Shown piece by piece: positions 54,343 through 64,000 of a stretch of DNA of 64,000 nt. Each line of letters opens with the position of its first letter. Positions within the stretch are counted from its first letter, which is position 1. Under the pieces are notes generated by a model that was given only the letters and a program-made list of their open reading frames with translations, was not told the DNA's origin and ran no database searches. Origin of the DNA: Snowella sp. GTDB lineage: Bacteria; Cyanobacteriota; Cyanobacteriia; Cyanobacteriales; Microcystaceae. Location: contig JAYKGY010000070.1 of assembly GCA_035285545.1 (NCBI GenBank), positions 32,001 to 96,000 of the forward strand, read 5' to 3'. The translations under genes were made by a program, and so were the position numbers.

Positions 54343-55338
54343 TCAACTCAAGGTGGGCAAGGTTTGGTTAGCTTGTAAAAATTCAGTTAACCGTTTGAAG
54401 GTGGTACCGCCTGTACTGATTGGAGTTTCATAGCCTTTGAGATTAACCTGATGCTGTTCAAACTCTTGATCAAATTGTTGAAATTTACTGAGATAATGAC
54501 AAGTCTGCTCTCCAATGGCCACATCTATTCCTAAGATTTTCGTGGCGGATTCTAAGCGAAAAGCGGCATTCACGGTGTCACCGATCGCGGTGTAGTCGGG
54601 ATGTTCTTCACTGCCCGTATTACCAACCATGGCATAGCCAGTATTAATGCCAACACCAATTTTGAGGGGAAAGGGAACTGGGTATTGGGAACTCAGTTTT
54701 TCTGTCATGTCATTGATTTTTCTGACGGCTTCAAAGATCTGTAACACTTCCTCTGGGGTACCATCTTCTCCACTATGGAACCAAACGGCCATAATGGCAT
54801 CCCCAATATATTTATCCACCCAACTGCCGGAGTGACGAATAATTTCTCCGGTATGGCGGAACCAACTGCTAATTAAAATCGATAAAATTTCCTCATTCAG
54901 TTGACGAGATAAAACAGTGAAATTCCGCATATCTGCCACCATCACGGACATCAGACGGCGTTCATGGACGACATTGGTTTCCGTATCCCGTTCAGAAAGG
55001 GTTTGTGTTCTTTTTGCTGCTTCAGGGGATTCTGAATAAAATTCGACTTGGGACTTGCCGAACATGATGCGATCAGCACTTTTGATGGTGGCGGGGATGC
55101 TGACTCGTCTGCCATTGATAAAGGTGCCGTTGCTACTACCTAAGTCAATGAGGAGAAAATCACCTGTTTCGGTGCGTTGCAAAATAGCGTGATTACGCGA
55201 AATAGAATGATCCCGTATGACAATATCGTTTTCTTTGTTGCGGCCAATTGTCCAATAGTTTTTATCTCCTAAGGGGAATTCTTGATTTCCTTGGAGTGTA
55301 TGAATGAGAAAGTAAGGATTATTTCGGACTTCTTCCAC
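54343..55338 (-). CDS. FHA-domain class III adenylate cyclase (Cya1-like)
   Basis: FHA motifs IGR, ISRNHA and DLGSSNGTF; cyclase motifs ADMRNFT, DKYIGDA and YTAIGDTVNAAFRLE. Confidence 0.9.
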   Translation of the reverse strand: MEEVRNNPYFLIHTLQGNQEFPLGDKNYWTIGRNKENDIVIRDHSISRNHAILQRTETGDFLLIDLGSSNGTFINGRRVSIPATIKSADRIMFGKSQVEFYSESPEAAKRTQTLSERDTETNVVHERRLMSVMVADMRNFTVLSRQLNEEILSILISSWFRHTGEIIRHSGSWVDKYIGDAIMAVWFHSGEDGTPEEVLQIFEAVRKINDMTEKLSSQYPVPFPLKIGVGINTGYAMVGNTGSEEHPDYTAIGDTVNAAFRLESATKILGIDVAIGEQTCHYLSKFQQFDQEFEQHQVNLKGYETPISTGGTTFKRLTEFLQANQTLPTLS

Positions 55339-55365
55339 GGGGGCACAAAATATAAAAGCGAGTAA

Positions 55366-56106
55366 CTATGCCAGGATAGCAGCAATCCAAAATAAGCTAT
55401 CCACTAAAATTGTACTCAATACTGCCCCAGCGAAGGCCCACCATTGTAATTCTGTTTTTTCTAATGCCCATCTTCCTAAGCCTAACAGTAGTCCCACTAA
55501 CAGGATCGCCCAACTGATTCCCCAAGGGGTTTGAATTTTCGCGATCGCGTTCACAAAAATCATACCCGCAAAGTCGGGATCAACGATCATCAGTTGCCGC
55601 CAGTATTCAATCAAGCCGGTGAGATAAAAATAAATATCCGTGATGACCGTTCCGGTTAGTGAGCCGATATAAAAGAGATTGCCAATAATCCCCCAGCGTT
55701 TGGATAATCCCCAAAGGGCAAAGGGAAGTCCAATCGCTTCTATGGGTAAATGAATATAGGGTTCCCAACGAAACCAACCCCAATAAATCGAGCCGGCTAA
55801 CCAACTCCAACTAAAGCCGAGCAATAAATCCCCCCAAATTTGAGTTTGAGGGCGTTGCATAAATTTCCAGCCCGCCGTTACCCAACCCACTGTGAGCAAT
55901 AAGCTCAGCCAAGGAAACAGACGAACCAAGGGGGCTTGCAGGAAAACAGGAACGGAAACGAGGAAACCGGATACGAAGAGTATTAACCAGGCTTGGACTT
56001 TCTGCGATCGCGCTTCAAAAATGGCTAACTTCGCCTGAACAGAAGGCCGTGCATAGTTAGCGATAACAGCAGTCAAGATAGGAATCACAGGAGCTTTTAT
56101 AGACAA
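55366..56106 (-). CDS. DUF3120-family membrane protein
   Basis: FLVSVPVF.QAPLVR, WLAGSIYWGW.R.EP..HLP.EA and GT..TD.YF. Confidence 0.85.
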   Translation of the reverse strand: MSIKAPVIPILTAVIANYARPSVQAKLAIFEARSQKVQAWLILFVSGFLVSVPVFLQAPLVRLFPWLSLLLTVGWVTAGWKFMQRPQTQIWGDLLLGFSWSWLAGSIYWGWFRWEPYIHLPIEAIGLPFALWGLSKRWGIIGNLFYIGSLTGTVITDIYFYLTGLIEYWRQLMIVDPDFAGMIFVNAIAKIQTPWGISWAILLVGLLLGLGRWALEKTELQWWAFAGAVLSTILVDSLFWIAAILA

Positions 56107-56341
56107 TTACAAATGGTTTTAATTTTTGTTACTTATCTTAACTTATCGCAAGGTTCATTGATAAATCAAATGGCATCCTGGAGCTTAATCGATTAATTGC
56201 CATAGCAAAAGGAGTAAGAACGAGGCAAGATTAACCAGCCTGAAATTACTCCTTCGTTTTAGGCAATTTAATTTTAAAAGCGGGCTAACTCCTAGCATTC
56301 AAGTTTTAAATGCCAATTTTTAAGTCCCCATTCAGCGATCG

Positions 56342-57229
56342 CTAAATTTCCGCAACCGCCCGTTCAATTAACCGATGGGCTAGGGTTTGAATCCCCGTAT
56401 GCTCATAGTAATTGGTACTCATATCCAGAAACGCCGCCACATAATCTAATTTATCATCCGCAATATCAACAAATCGGCTGAGATTACTGGCAACCGCTTG
56501 GGGGGTTAAACTGTGGGAACTAACAAAACCGCCCATCCATCCAGAAATTGACGAGAAACCTTCTTGAATAAAACCCAACTTACTGGCAGGATTACCGCCA
56601 GGAATCAGATTATTAATTTGTTTAAATCCTTGATTTTCATTTAAATCCGAAGGAGCCATACCACCGAGACGCTCTTGTACCCCCTGAATAAAATTCGGGC
56701 CCAAAGGCAATAAGCCATCAAAACAGACTAACGCCGCCATCCGCATTAAAGATTCGCCACTGTAGTCTCCTAAAGCCCCTAGAAAATCCCCAATACTGTC
56801 CCCTGGAATGCCATTAATTTGACAGAAAGCCAGTAACTCGACAATGACTTTTAAAGATAAATCAATCGTCTGAGCTTTTTCAGGTTTTGGGGTAAGTTTA
56901 TCTAAAAAGCCGAGAAAGGAAACGTTCTGACCGATCTTATTTGCTAAAGCTGCTGACCCTAGTGCCGTACTCGCACTGTCAATGGTTTGATACAGCCAAA
57001 GGGCCGTTTGATAGCCCTGGGATTTGTCGTTAAATAAATAGACTGCGCGATCGCCGATTTGTTGGATCATGCCCTCATCGGTTTCTCCCGTTACGGTACG
57101 AATGGTATTTTCAAATCCCACCACATTTTGCCACTCTCCAGGAATAACAAAATCTAGAGCACGTAAAGATTTAACCGTTAAATTATCCTTGGGTAACTGA
57201 TCAACCAGTTCAAAAATCGGTTTACTCAC
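56342..57229 (-). CDS. Conserved hypothetical protein (GTG start, strong RBS)
   Basis: AGGAG before the GTG; 295-aa helical protein; no domain recognised. Confidence 0.8.
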   Translation of the reverse strand: MSKPIFELVDQLPKDNLTVKSLRALDFVIPGEWQNVVGFENTIRTVTGETDEGMIQQIGDRAVYLFNDKSQGYQTALWLYQTIDSASTALGSAALANKIGQNVSFLGFLDKLTPKPEKAQTIDLSLKVIVELLAFCQINGIPGDSIGDFLGALGDYSGESLMRMAALVCFDGLLPLGPNFIQGVQERLGGMAPSDLNENQGFKQINNLIPGGNPASKLGFIQEGFSSISGWMGGFVSSHSLTPQAVASNLSRFVDIADDKLDYVAAFLDMSTNYYEHTGIQTLAHRLIERAVAEI

Positions 57230-57371
57230 TGTTGATTACTCCTAAATCCTAAAATTGATGCAAATCTTACAAATTAATCGTTGATTCTTAATGAATGTCA
57301 TTCAATCAACAAAATGCTAAGCTCTTTATTCAGTTGATCATCACTCATTGATAAATATCTTGATCAAGAAT

Positions 57372-57890
57372 TTATGATGACTTTAATTTGGCTAAGCCTT
57401 TGAGGTCGAATTTTTCTAACCAGACCTGGCGATCGCTGGGGCTAAAAGACGGATCACGGGACAGCACTTTAACCTGATACCGATCTGCCACTAAAACCGC
57501 CGTTGCCGTACTGCCTTGCTGAACCGCAGGAAACCCTTGAATTGTTTGAGTACTTTGTTGAAACTTTTCAACGGCACTGGGGGTATTTAGGGTATCGGAA
57601 ATCGCCATCACAGCCATATCTTTACCCTCTTTTTTGAGCTTGGCCTCAGCAAACCCTTTCTTTTCTTGGGTGTAAACGCGATCGTAGCCATCTTGGGATT
57701 TTGGGAAAAATTTGTTAAATTCTCCCCCTTTTTCCGACTCTTTAACAACGGCACTGGCTCCGCGTTCGGTACTTTGCTGTTGCGCTTGATCAAATCGAGA
57801 AGGGGCTTGGGGAGAACAAGCCGTTAAGGTAATAAACAGTAAGAGAGAAGTCAGTCCAACCGTTATTAATTTTCGTAGAGACTTCGCCAT
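57372..57890 (-). CDS. Hypothetical lipoprotein
   Basis: Lipobox LTAC after a hydrophobic signal. Confidence 0.8.
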   Translation of the reverse strand: MAKSLRKLITVGLTSLLLFITLTACSPQAPSRFDQAQQQSTERGASAVVKESEKGGEFNKFFPKSQDGYDRVYTQEKKGFAEAKLKKEGKDMAVMAISDTLNTPSAVEKFQQSTQTIQGFPAVQQGSTATAVLVADRYQVKVLSRDPSFSPSDRQVWLEKFDLKGLAKLKSS

Positions 57891-58167
57891 TTCTTCTTTC
57901 CTTGCATGTTAAGTAAAGGGAATTTCTCAATTACTTTTAATTATACTTTTTTGCCATCAATTCTCGTTGATTTGCTGAAAACCTATAAATAGTAAGATAA
58001 CACTCATTTATCAACGACTCAAAGGCGTAAACTTCTTGATAACTCAAGCGTTAGACAGATTTGGATTGAAGGAATCCGAGGGGCTGAAGCAAACCAATAT
58101 TCATAATTATTTCTATTTTTTAATAAATCCTTAATGTTTTAAGGGGCAAAAATCTCAACCTAATTCA

Positions 58168-58728
58168 TTAAAGTCCGCCAAAACGAACCAAGGGAAAAAA
58201 GCGAAAAACTGCGTGGCCAATTAAATTTTGCTGGGGTAAAAAGCCCCAAATGTGGGAATCATTACTATTGTTACGATTGTCTCCCATGACAAATAAGCTA
58301 TCCGGCGGCACAATGAGTCTAGGCAAGCGATATTTCGGATTTTCTCCAATATAGTCTTCTGCTAAGGGGTTCTGGTTTACATAGGTGATGCCATCATTGA
58401 CTTCGACCGTATCGCCCGGTGTCGCAATAACCCGTTTAATAAAAGCTTGATCGCGAGTATAACCTTGAATTAGTAAGGCATCAGGCGGGGTAAATACCAC
58501 AATGTCTCCTTTTTGCGGTGGATGGAAATAATAAGATACCTTTTCCACAATTAAGCGATCGCCCTGTTGCAAGGTCGGTAACATAGAATCGGAGGGAATA
58601 TAACGGGGTTCGGCCACAAACGTCCGAATAAGAAAGGCAAAAACCAAGGCGACAACCAGAATTTGTCCATTTTCGCGGATTTTTTGCCAATTATTATTAG
58701 ATTTATCTTGACTAGGCAATTGAGTCAT
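58168..58728 (-). CDS. lepB: Signal peptidase I
   Basis: IPSDSMLPTL, FIKRVI and MGDNRNNSNDS. Confidence 0.95.
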   Translation of the reverse strand: MTQLPSQDKSNNNWQKIRENGQILVVALVFAFLIRTFVAEPRYIPSDSMLPTLQQGDRLIVEKVSYYFHPPQKGDIVVFTPPDALLIQGYTRDQAFIKRVIATPGDTVEVNDGITYVNQNPLAEDYIGENPKYRLPRLIVPPDSLFVMGDNRNNSNDSHIWGFLPQQNLIGHAVFRFFPLVRFGGL

Positions 58729-58989
58729 AACAATTTGGATAAACAGCGAGTCGTAGATTATTAGTTAATAAGGATGAAAATCGTCTAGCGCCCAAATAGT
58801 TAGCCATTCACTGGAGTCTTTTCATTCCTACGATCATCTCATTAAACCTCCCGGAATTGAATCACGGGGGGAGGGGCTGAATCTTTGAGTTTGGATAGAA
58901 AATAAAGAAATGTAACGCAAGGGCAAACTGCTCAATTAACTTGAGCCTAAACCAAATCCATGTGTTACTATAGAAATTGAGAAATAAAG

Positions 58990-59087
58990 AACGGTGACAA
59001 GATTTGTGTTCAGATACGTTTTCAGTATTGGCAGGCTTCTCCCGACATCTAAACTCTCTGCAAACTGACGATTAAGGAGAAAAACCC
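58990..59087 (+). promoter_or_regulatory. rbp 5' leader with motifs resembling those of cold-inducible cyanobacterial rbp genes
   Basis: CGGTGA, GTTTTCAGT, TCTCCCGA and AAGGAGA in order; TACTAT -10 at about 58966. Confidence 0.45.
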
Positions 59088-59390
59088 ATGTCAATCTTTG
59101 TTGGAAATCTTTCCTACGACATTACAGAAAAAGACCTCACAGAAGTATTCAGTGAATATGGAAATGTTAAGCGTGTCTTTTTCCCCACTGACCGAGACAC
59201 AGGTAAAAAACGCGGATTCGCTTTCGTTGAAATGGATTCCGATACCCAAGAAGCCAAAGCGATTGAAACCCTTGATGGTGCTGAATGGATGGGCCGTGAC
59301 ATGAAAGTCAACAAGGCAAAAGAACGTGAACAACGTACTTCCTTCAATGGTGGTGGCAATCGTGGTGGCGGCGGTCGCAACCGTTACTAA
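59088..59390 (+). CDS. RRM RNA-binding protein with a Gly-rich tail (Rbp)
   Basis: IFVGNL (RNP2), RGFAFVEM (RNP1) and LDGAEWMGR. Confidence 0.95.
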   Translation: MSIFVGNLSYDITEKDLTEVFSEYGNVKRVFFPTDRDTGKKRGFAFVEMDSDTQEAKAIETLDGAEWMGRDMKVNKAKEREQRTSFNGGGNRGGGGRNRY

Positions 59391-59569
59391 GCTTAACAGG
59401 TTTGTTATCTAATTCAGCTTAATTAGGGTTTACAAACTATTGATTAGTTTTTAGTTTTTAAGAGTGCTTACCTCCTTATAAAACTTTGTTCAATTAGACA
59501 ACCGTTCTTAATCTTTTATTGGATCAAGAGCGGTTTTTTCATAGAATAACGTTTCGTCTTTGTGAGTTT

Positions 59570-60676
59570 ATGGTTCGGATTGCCATTATTGGGGCTGGGG
59601 TCGTTGGAGCCGCGATCGCCTATGAATTGAGTTTAATTTCAGGTTTAGACATTATCCTATTAGATGAAAAAGAACCTGCAACAGGATCAACGGGAGCTGC
59701 ATTAGGAGTTTTAATGGGTGTGGTGAGTAAACGGGGCTGGACATTGCGCCAAACCAGTTTAGAACGCTATGAAACCTTAATTCCTGAATTAGAAGGCTGC
59801 ACAGGAAAGCAAATCCCGTATAATCGCCAAGGCTTGATTCTGTTAATTCCTAGCGAGCCAGAAAAGCAACAATGGGAAAAACATCAAGCTTTACGTCATA
59901 AGCAAGGATATCCGTTAGAAATTTGGAATCAATCCCAATTGTCTCAAACCTGTCCTCAACTGTCCCCCGATGCGGCAATAGGGGCTGTTTATTCTCCCCG
60001 CGATCACCAAGTCAATCCCACCACATTAACCCAATGTTTAATCACTGCGGCTCAGTTAAATGGGGTGAAGTGTCATTTTGGAACGTCCATTAATTTAACT
60101 GATTCACTGACTTCTTTCCAAGATTCCGTCAAGCATTTAGATAGGATTCCCACACACCAAGGTAATTTTGCCATTGATTATCTAATCGTAACCGCAGGAC
60201 TGGGGACAACTGCCTTAACCCAATCCCTGAGTCAAACCGTTACTATTCAACCCGTTTTAGGGCAAGCTATACAGGTTAAACTTCCTCAACCAATGGGTAA
60301 CGCTGACTTTCAACCTGTAATCAGTGGGGATGATGTTCATATTGTGCCCTTGGGGTTTGGAGAATATTGGGTCGGGGCAACGGTTGAATTTCCTTCAGAT
60401 AATCATGAGTTAATCGGCGATCGCGAATTATTGGAAATGGTCTATCAAAAAGCTATCAGTTTTTGTCCTGATCTCGCTCAGGGAGAAATTGTAAAAACCT
60501 GGTCAGGCAAACGACCGCGACCAATGAATGAACCTGCTCCGATTATTCGAGAATTAACGGGGTATAACAATGTTTGGTTAGCAACGGGACACTATCGCAA
60601 TGGCGTGTTATTAGCTCCCGCAACGGCTTTAGCGATTAAGGACAAAATACTTGCACTCATTAATAGACTAAATTAA
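59570..60676 (+). CDS. FAD-dependent oxidoreductase (DAO/glycine oxidase family); start MVRIAII
   Basis: GAGVVG, STGAALG, G.RPRP and GHYRNGVLLAP. Confidence 0.85.
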   Translation: MVRIAIIGAGVVGAAIAYELSLISGLDIILLDEKEPATGSTGAALGVLMGVVSKRGWTLRQTSLERYETLIPELEGCTGKQIPYNRQGLILLIPSEPEKQQWEKHQALRHKQGYPLEIWNQSQLSQTCPQLSPDAAIGAVYSPRDHQVNPTTLTQCLITAAQLNGVKCHFGTSINLTDSLTSFQDSVKHLDRIPTHQGNFAIDYLIVTAGLGTTALTQSLSQTVTIQPVLGQAIQVKLPQPMGNADFQPVISGDDVHIVPLGFGEYWVGATVEFPSDNHELIGDRELLEMVYQKAISFCPDLAQGEIVKTWSGKRPRPMNEPAPIIRELTGYNNVWLATGHYRNGVLLAPATALAIKDKILALINRLN

Positions 60677-60894
60677 ATCTAATTGCACCGTTACATAGAT
60701 TCATTTTTTAAGTATATTTACCCTGCTCGTCAGGAAACCCGTATATTCCTCCCGTGTGATAGCATAGAAAACCGTCTTTGCTTGGCCCAGCTTAACTTTT
60801 CTTATAAAATTAACAAATAGTTATCTAGATACCAGTGCTTTGTAAAGCGTCTAGACTCCTTCTTTATCCATCCATTACCAGCCTCCCAGATTCC

Positions 60895-63800
60895 ATGACC
60901 ATGACAACGGCTCAAAACGCGATCGCTTCACCTCAACCCTTTCTCGGTCAACCCTGGCTCGTCGAAGAACGCGATGCCTGCGGGGTTGGTTTTATTGCTG
61001 ATGTCAACGGTCAGAAAAGCCATAAACTCGTTCAACAAGCGTTAAAAGCCTTGGGCTGTCTGGAACATCGGGGCGGTTGTAGTGCAGATAGCGATTCTGG
61101 AGATGGTGCAGGGGTGATGACGGCGATTCCCAGAGAAATCTTAGCCGCTTGGTTTACGCAGCGCAATTTACCCATGCCTGCTGAAGAACAATTAGGGGTG
61201 GGAATGGTCTTTTTACCCCAGGAACCTGTTGCTAGGGAAGTGGCCAGAGGTTACGTCGAAGAAGTGGTTCGCGCTGAGCATTTAAGTGTGATCGGATGGC
61301 GTGAAGTTCCTGTTAAACCTGAAGTTTTAGGGATTCAAGCCCGTGCTAACCAACCCCACATTGAACAGATTTTAGTTACCTGTCCCCAAGGCTTATCGGG
61401 AGATGAACTGGATCGGCGACTTTATATTGCCCGCTCTGCCGTGGGTAAAAAACTAGCGGATGACTTTTATATTTGTTCTTTTTCTTGTCGCACCATTGTT
61501 TATAAAGGCATGGTTCGTAGCGTCATTTTAGGGGAATTTTACTTAGATTTACAAAATCCTGCCTATCAAAGCACCTTTGCGGTTTATCACCGTCGTTTTA
61601 GTACCAACACCATGCCCAAGTGGCCCTTGGCTCAACCGATGCGCTTATTGGGGCATAACGGAGAAATTAACACCCTATTGGGAAATATTAACTGGATGGC
61701 GGCACGGGAGCGCAATTTAACCGCCCAAGGTTGGACAAGCGCAGAATTGCAGAGCCTAACGCCTATCGTCAATCCTGCTAACAGTGATTCCTATAACTTA
61801 GACAGTGTGATGGAATTGTTGGTCAGAACGGGTCGCAGTCCCTTAGAAGCAGCTATGATTCTGGTACCTGAAGCCTATCAAAATCAACCCGATCTCAAAG
61901 AACATCCTGAAATTACCGATTTCTATGAATTTTATAGTGGCTTGCAAGAGCCTTGGGATGGCCCTGCGTTATTAGTCTTTAGCGATGGCAAAATTGTCGG
62001 TGCAGGTTTAGACCGCAACGGCTTACGTCCTGCCCGTTACAGCATTACCCAGGATGGATATATTGTTGTTTCCTCGGAAGCGGGGGTGGTCGATTTACCC
62101 GAAACGGAAATTGTAGAAAAAGGCCGTTTAGCCCCTGGTCAGATGATTGCCGTTGATCTACAAAATCACGAAATTCTCAAAAATTGGGATATTAAACAAC
62201 GCATTGCCCAAAAATATCCCTATGGGGAATGGATTCAGTTAAATCGTCAGGATATTAAATCGGAAACATTTTCAGAAAAAGCGTTATTTAACGATCCTGC
62301 CCAAGTTTTACAACAACAGACCGCCTTTGGTTACACAGCCGAGGATTTAGAACTGATCATTATTTCCATGGCCAGCCAAGGGAAAGAACCGACATTTTGC
62401 ATGGGGGATGATGTTCCTTTAGCCATTCTGTCGAATAAATCCCGTTTACTGTACGACTACTTTAAACAACGGTTTGCTCAGGTCACGAATCCCCCTATTG
62501 ATCCTTTGCGGGAAAGTCTGGTGATGTCTCTAGGAATGTCCCTGGGAGAACGGGGTAATTTACTTGAACCGAAGGCAGAATCAGCCAAGTTATTAAAATT
62601 AACTAGCCCTGTTCTCAATGAATTAGAATTAGCGGATATTAAAAATTCTGGGTTACAAGCAACGGAACTTTCGACCTTATTTGCCATTGCCAGTGGCCCC
62701 CAAGGGTTAGAGCAAGCCATTCATAACCTCGTCCAAAACGCGATCGCGGCTGTTAAAGCAGGAGCCAAAATTCTGATTCTCAGCGATCGCCCCAATCAGC
62801 AAACCCTAACGGAAGAAACCAGTTATATTCCGCCCTTACTGGCAGTGGGAGCAGTTCATCACCACCTCATTCGAGAAGGCTTACGTTTACAGGCATCTTT
62901 AGTGGTTGATACAGCCCAGTGTTGGAGTACCCATCATTTTGCTTGCTTAATCGGTTATGGAGCATCAGCCGTTTGTCCATACTTGGCTTTGGAATCGGTG
63001 CGGCAGTGGTGGCACGATCCTAAAACCCAAAAGTTAATGGAAAATGGCAAGATTGAGCAAATTACCTTAGCTAAAGCGTTGAGTAACTATCGCAAATCCG
63101 TAGAAGCGGGCTTACTGAAAATCTTGTCCAAAATGGGGATTTCTTTGCTGTCTTCCTATCATGGGGCGCAGATCTTTGAAGCGATCGGCTTAGGTGCAGA
63201 ATTAGTGGAATTGGCCTTTACGGGAACCACCAGCCGAGTGGGGGGATTGAACCTAGAAGAAGTTGCCCAGGAAATCTTAACGTTCCATGCCAAAGCCTTC
63301 CCCAGCTTAAGCGCGAAAAAACTGGAAAATTACGGTTTTGTGAATTACCGTCCAGGCGGGGAATATCACATGAATTCTCCCGAAATGTCTAAGGCATTGC
63401 ACAAAGCGGTTGATGCTTACAAAATTGGGGCTAATGGTTCTAATCAAGAAGCCTATAACCATTACGATGTTTACCAAAAATACCTCAAAGAGCGTCCTGT
63501 TACGGCTTTGCGAGATTTATTAGATTTAAATCCTGACCGTGCTGCTATCCCCGTTGAAGAAGTGGAATCCGTTGAAAGTATTGTTAAACGGTTTTGTACA
63601 GGGGGGATGTCCCTTGGTGCGTTGTCCCGTGAAGCCCATGAAACCTTAGCGATCGCGATGAATCGGATTGGTGCAAAATCCAACTCTGGGGAAGGGGGAG
63701 AAGATCCCGTTCGTTATTTAACCCTGAACGATGTGGATGAAGTTGGAAACTCGCCTACGTTGCCCCATTTAAAAGGATTACGCAACGGCGATACGGCTTG

Positions 63801-64000
63801 TTCTGCCATTAAACAGGTTGCTTCGGGTCGTTTCGGTGTAACACCTGAATATTTGATGAGTGGAAAGCAGATTGAAATTAAAATGGCTCAAGGTGCAAAA
63901 CCAGGGGAAGGCGGTCAATTACCTGGCCCGAAAGTTAGCCCCTATATTGCCATGTTGCGTCGTTCTAAACCAGGCGTAACCCTCATTTCTCCCCCGCCTC
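60895..64000 (+). CDS. glsF: Ferredoxin-dependent glutamate synthase, partial (runs off the window)
   Basis: Hand translation MTMTTAQN...[43 protein letters not shown] and [16 protein letters not shown]. Absent from the ORF track because it has no stop in the window. Confidence 0.93.
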   Translation, partial: MTMTTAQNAIASPQPFLGQPWLVEERDACGVGFIADVNGQKSHKLVQQALKALGCLEHRGGCSADSDSGDGAGVMTAIPREILAAWFTQRNLPMPAEEQLGVGMVFLPQEPVAREVARGYVEEVVRAEHLSVIGWREVPVKPEVLGIQARANQPHIEQILVTCPQGLSGDELDRRLYIARSAVGKKLADDFYICSFSCRTIVYKGMVRSVILGEFYLDLQNPAYQSTFAVYHRRFSTNTMPKWPLAQPMRLLGHNGEINTLLGNINWMAARERNLTAQGWTSAELQSLTPIVNPANSDSYNLDSVMELLVRTGRSPLEAAMILVPEAYQNQPDLKEHPEITDFYEFYSGLQEPWDGPALLVFSDGKIVGAGLDRNGLRPARYSITQDGYIVVSSEAGVVDLPETEIVEKGRLAPGQMIAVDLQNHEILKNWDIKQRIAQKYPYGEWIQLNRQDIKSETFSEKALFNDPAQVLQQQTAFGYTAEDLELIIISMASQGKEPTFCMGDDVPLAILSNKSRLLYDYFKQRFAQVTNPPIDPLRESLVMSLGMSLGERGNLLEPKAESAKLLKLTSPVLNELELADIKNSGLQATELSTLFAIASGPQGLEQAIHNLVQNAIAAVKAGAKILILSDRPNQQTLTEETSYIPPLLAVGAVHHHLIREGLRLQASLVVDTAQCWSTHHFACLIGYGASAVCPYLALESVRQWWHDPKTQKLMENGKIEQITLAKALSNYRKSVEAGLLKILSKMGISLLSSYHGAQIFEAIGLGAELVELAFTGTTSRVGGLNLEEVAQEILTFHAKAFPSLSAKKLENYGFVNYRPGGEYHMNSPEMSKALHKAVDAYKIGANGSNQEAYNHYDVYQKYLKERPVTALRDLLDLNPDRAAIPVEEVESVESIVKRFCTGGMSLGALSREAHETLAIAMNRIGAKSNSGEGGEDPVRYLTLNDVDEVGNSPTLPHLKGLRNGDTACSAIKQVASGRFGVTPEYLMSGKQIEIKMAQGAKPGEGGQLPGPKVSPYIAMLRRSKPGVTLISPPP

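Overview
A gene-dense chromosomal segment of a unicellular beta-cyanobacterium, probably Chroococcales/Synechocystis-like. The basis is frequent HIP1 octamers (GCGATCGC) and genes such as ndhF4-ndhD4-cupB, psaL, psb27, cp12, argZ, glsF and cyanoexosortase A. Most of the window is housekeeping: rlmB, mini-III, tamB-like, crtA/hpsJ, rplY, purA, CO2 uptake, argZ, glcE/glcF, sppA, rbcR, gltD, hemL, tRNA-Pro(TGG), groEL2 with CIRCE, ispF, ho1, rsmG, ictB, an FHA-adenylate cyclase, lepB, rbp and a partial glsF. No CRISPR array, prophage or intact IS is visible. Notable observations: (1) a thioredoxin / Cys-rich protein / CP12 cluster divergent from a recombinase-domain protein lacking its catalytic domain and a 4xCBS protein, with palindromes between them; (2) a duplicated promoter with four CRP-type boxes in front of a PilX-like pilin; (3) a lone psaL with the proline-rich loop typical of tetramer-forming PSI; (4) a probable ATT start codon for a STAS protein; (5) an unannotated 28-codon ORF with a strong RBS upstream of hemL; (6) two families of small dispersed palindromic repeats. 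All calls come from reading the sequence and recalling motifs; no searches were run.
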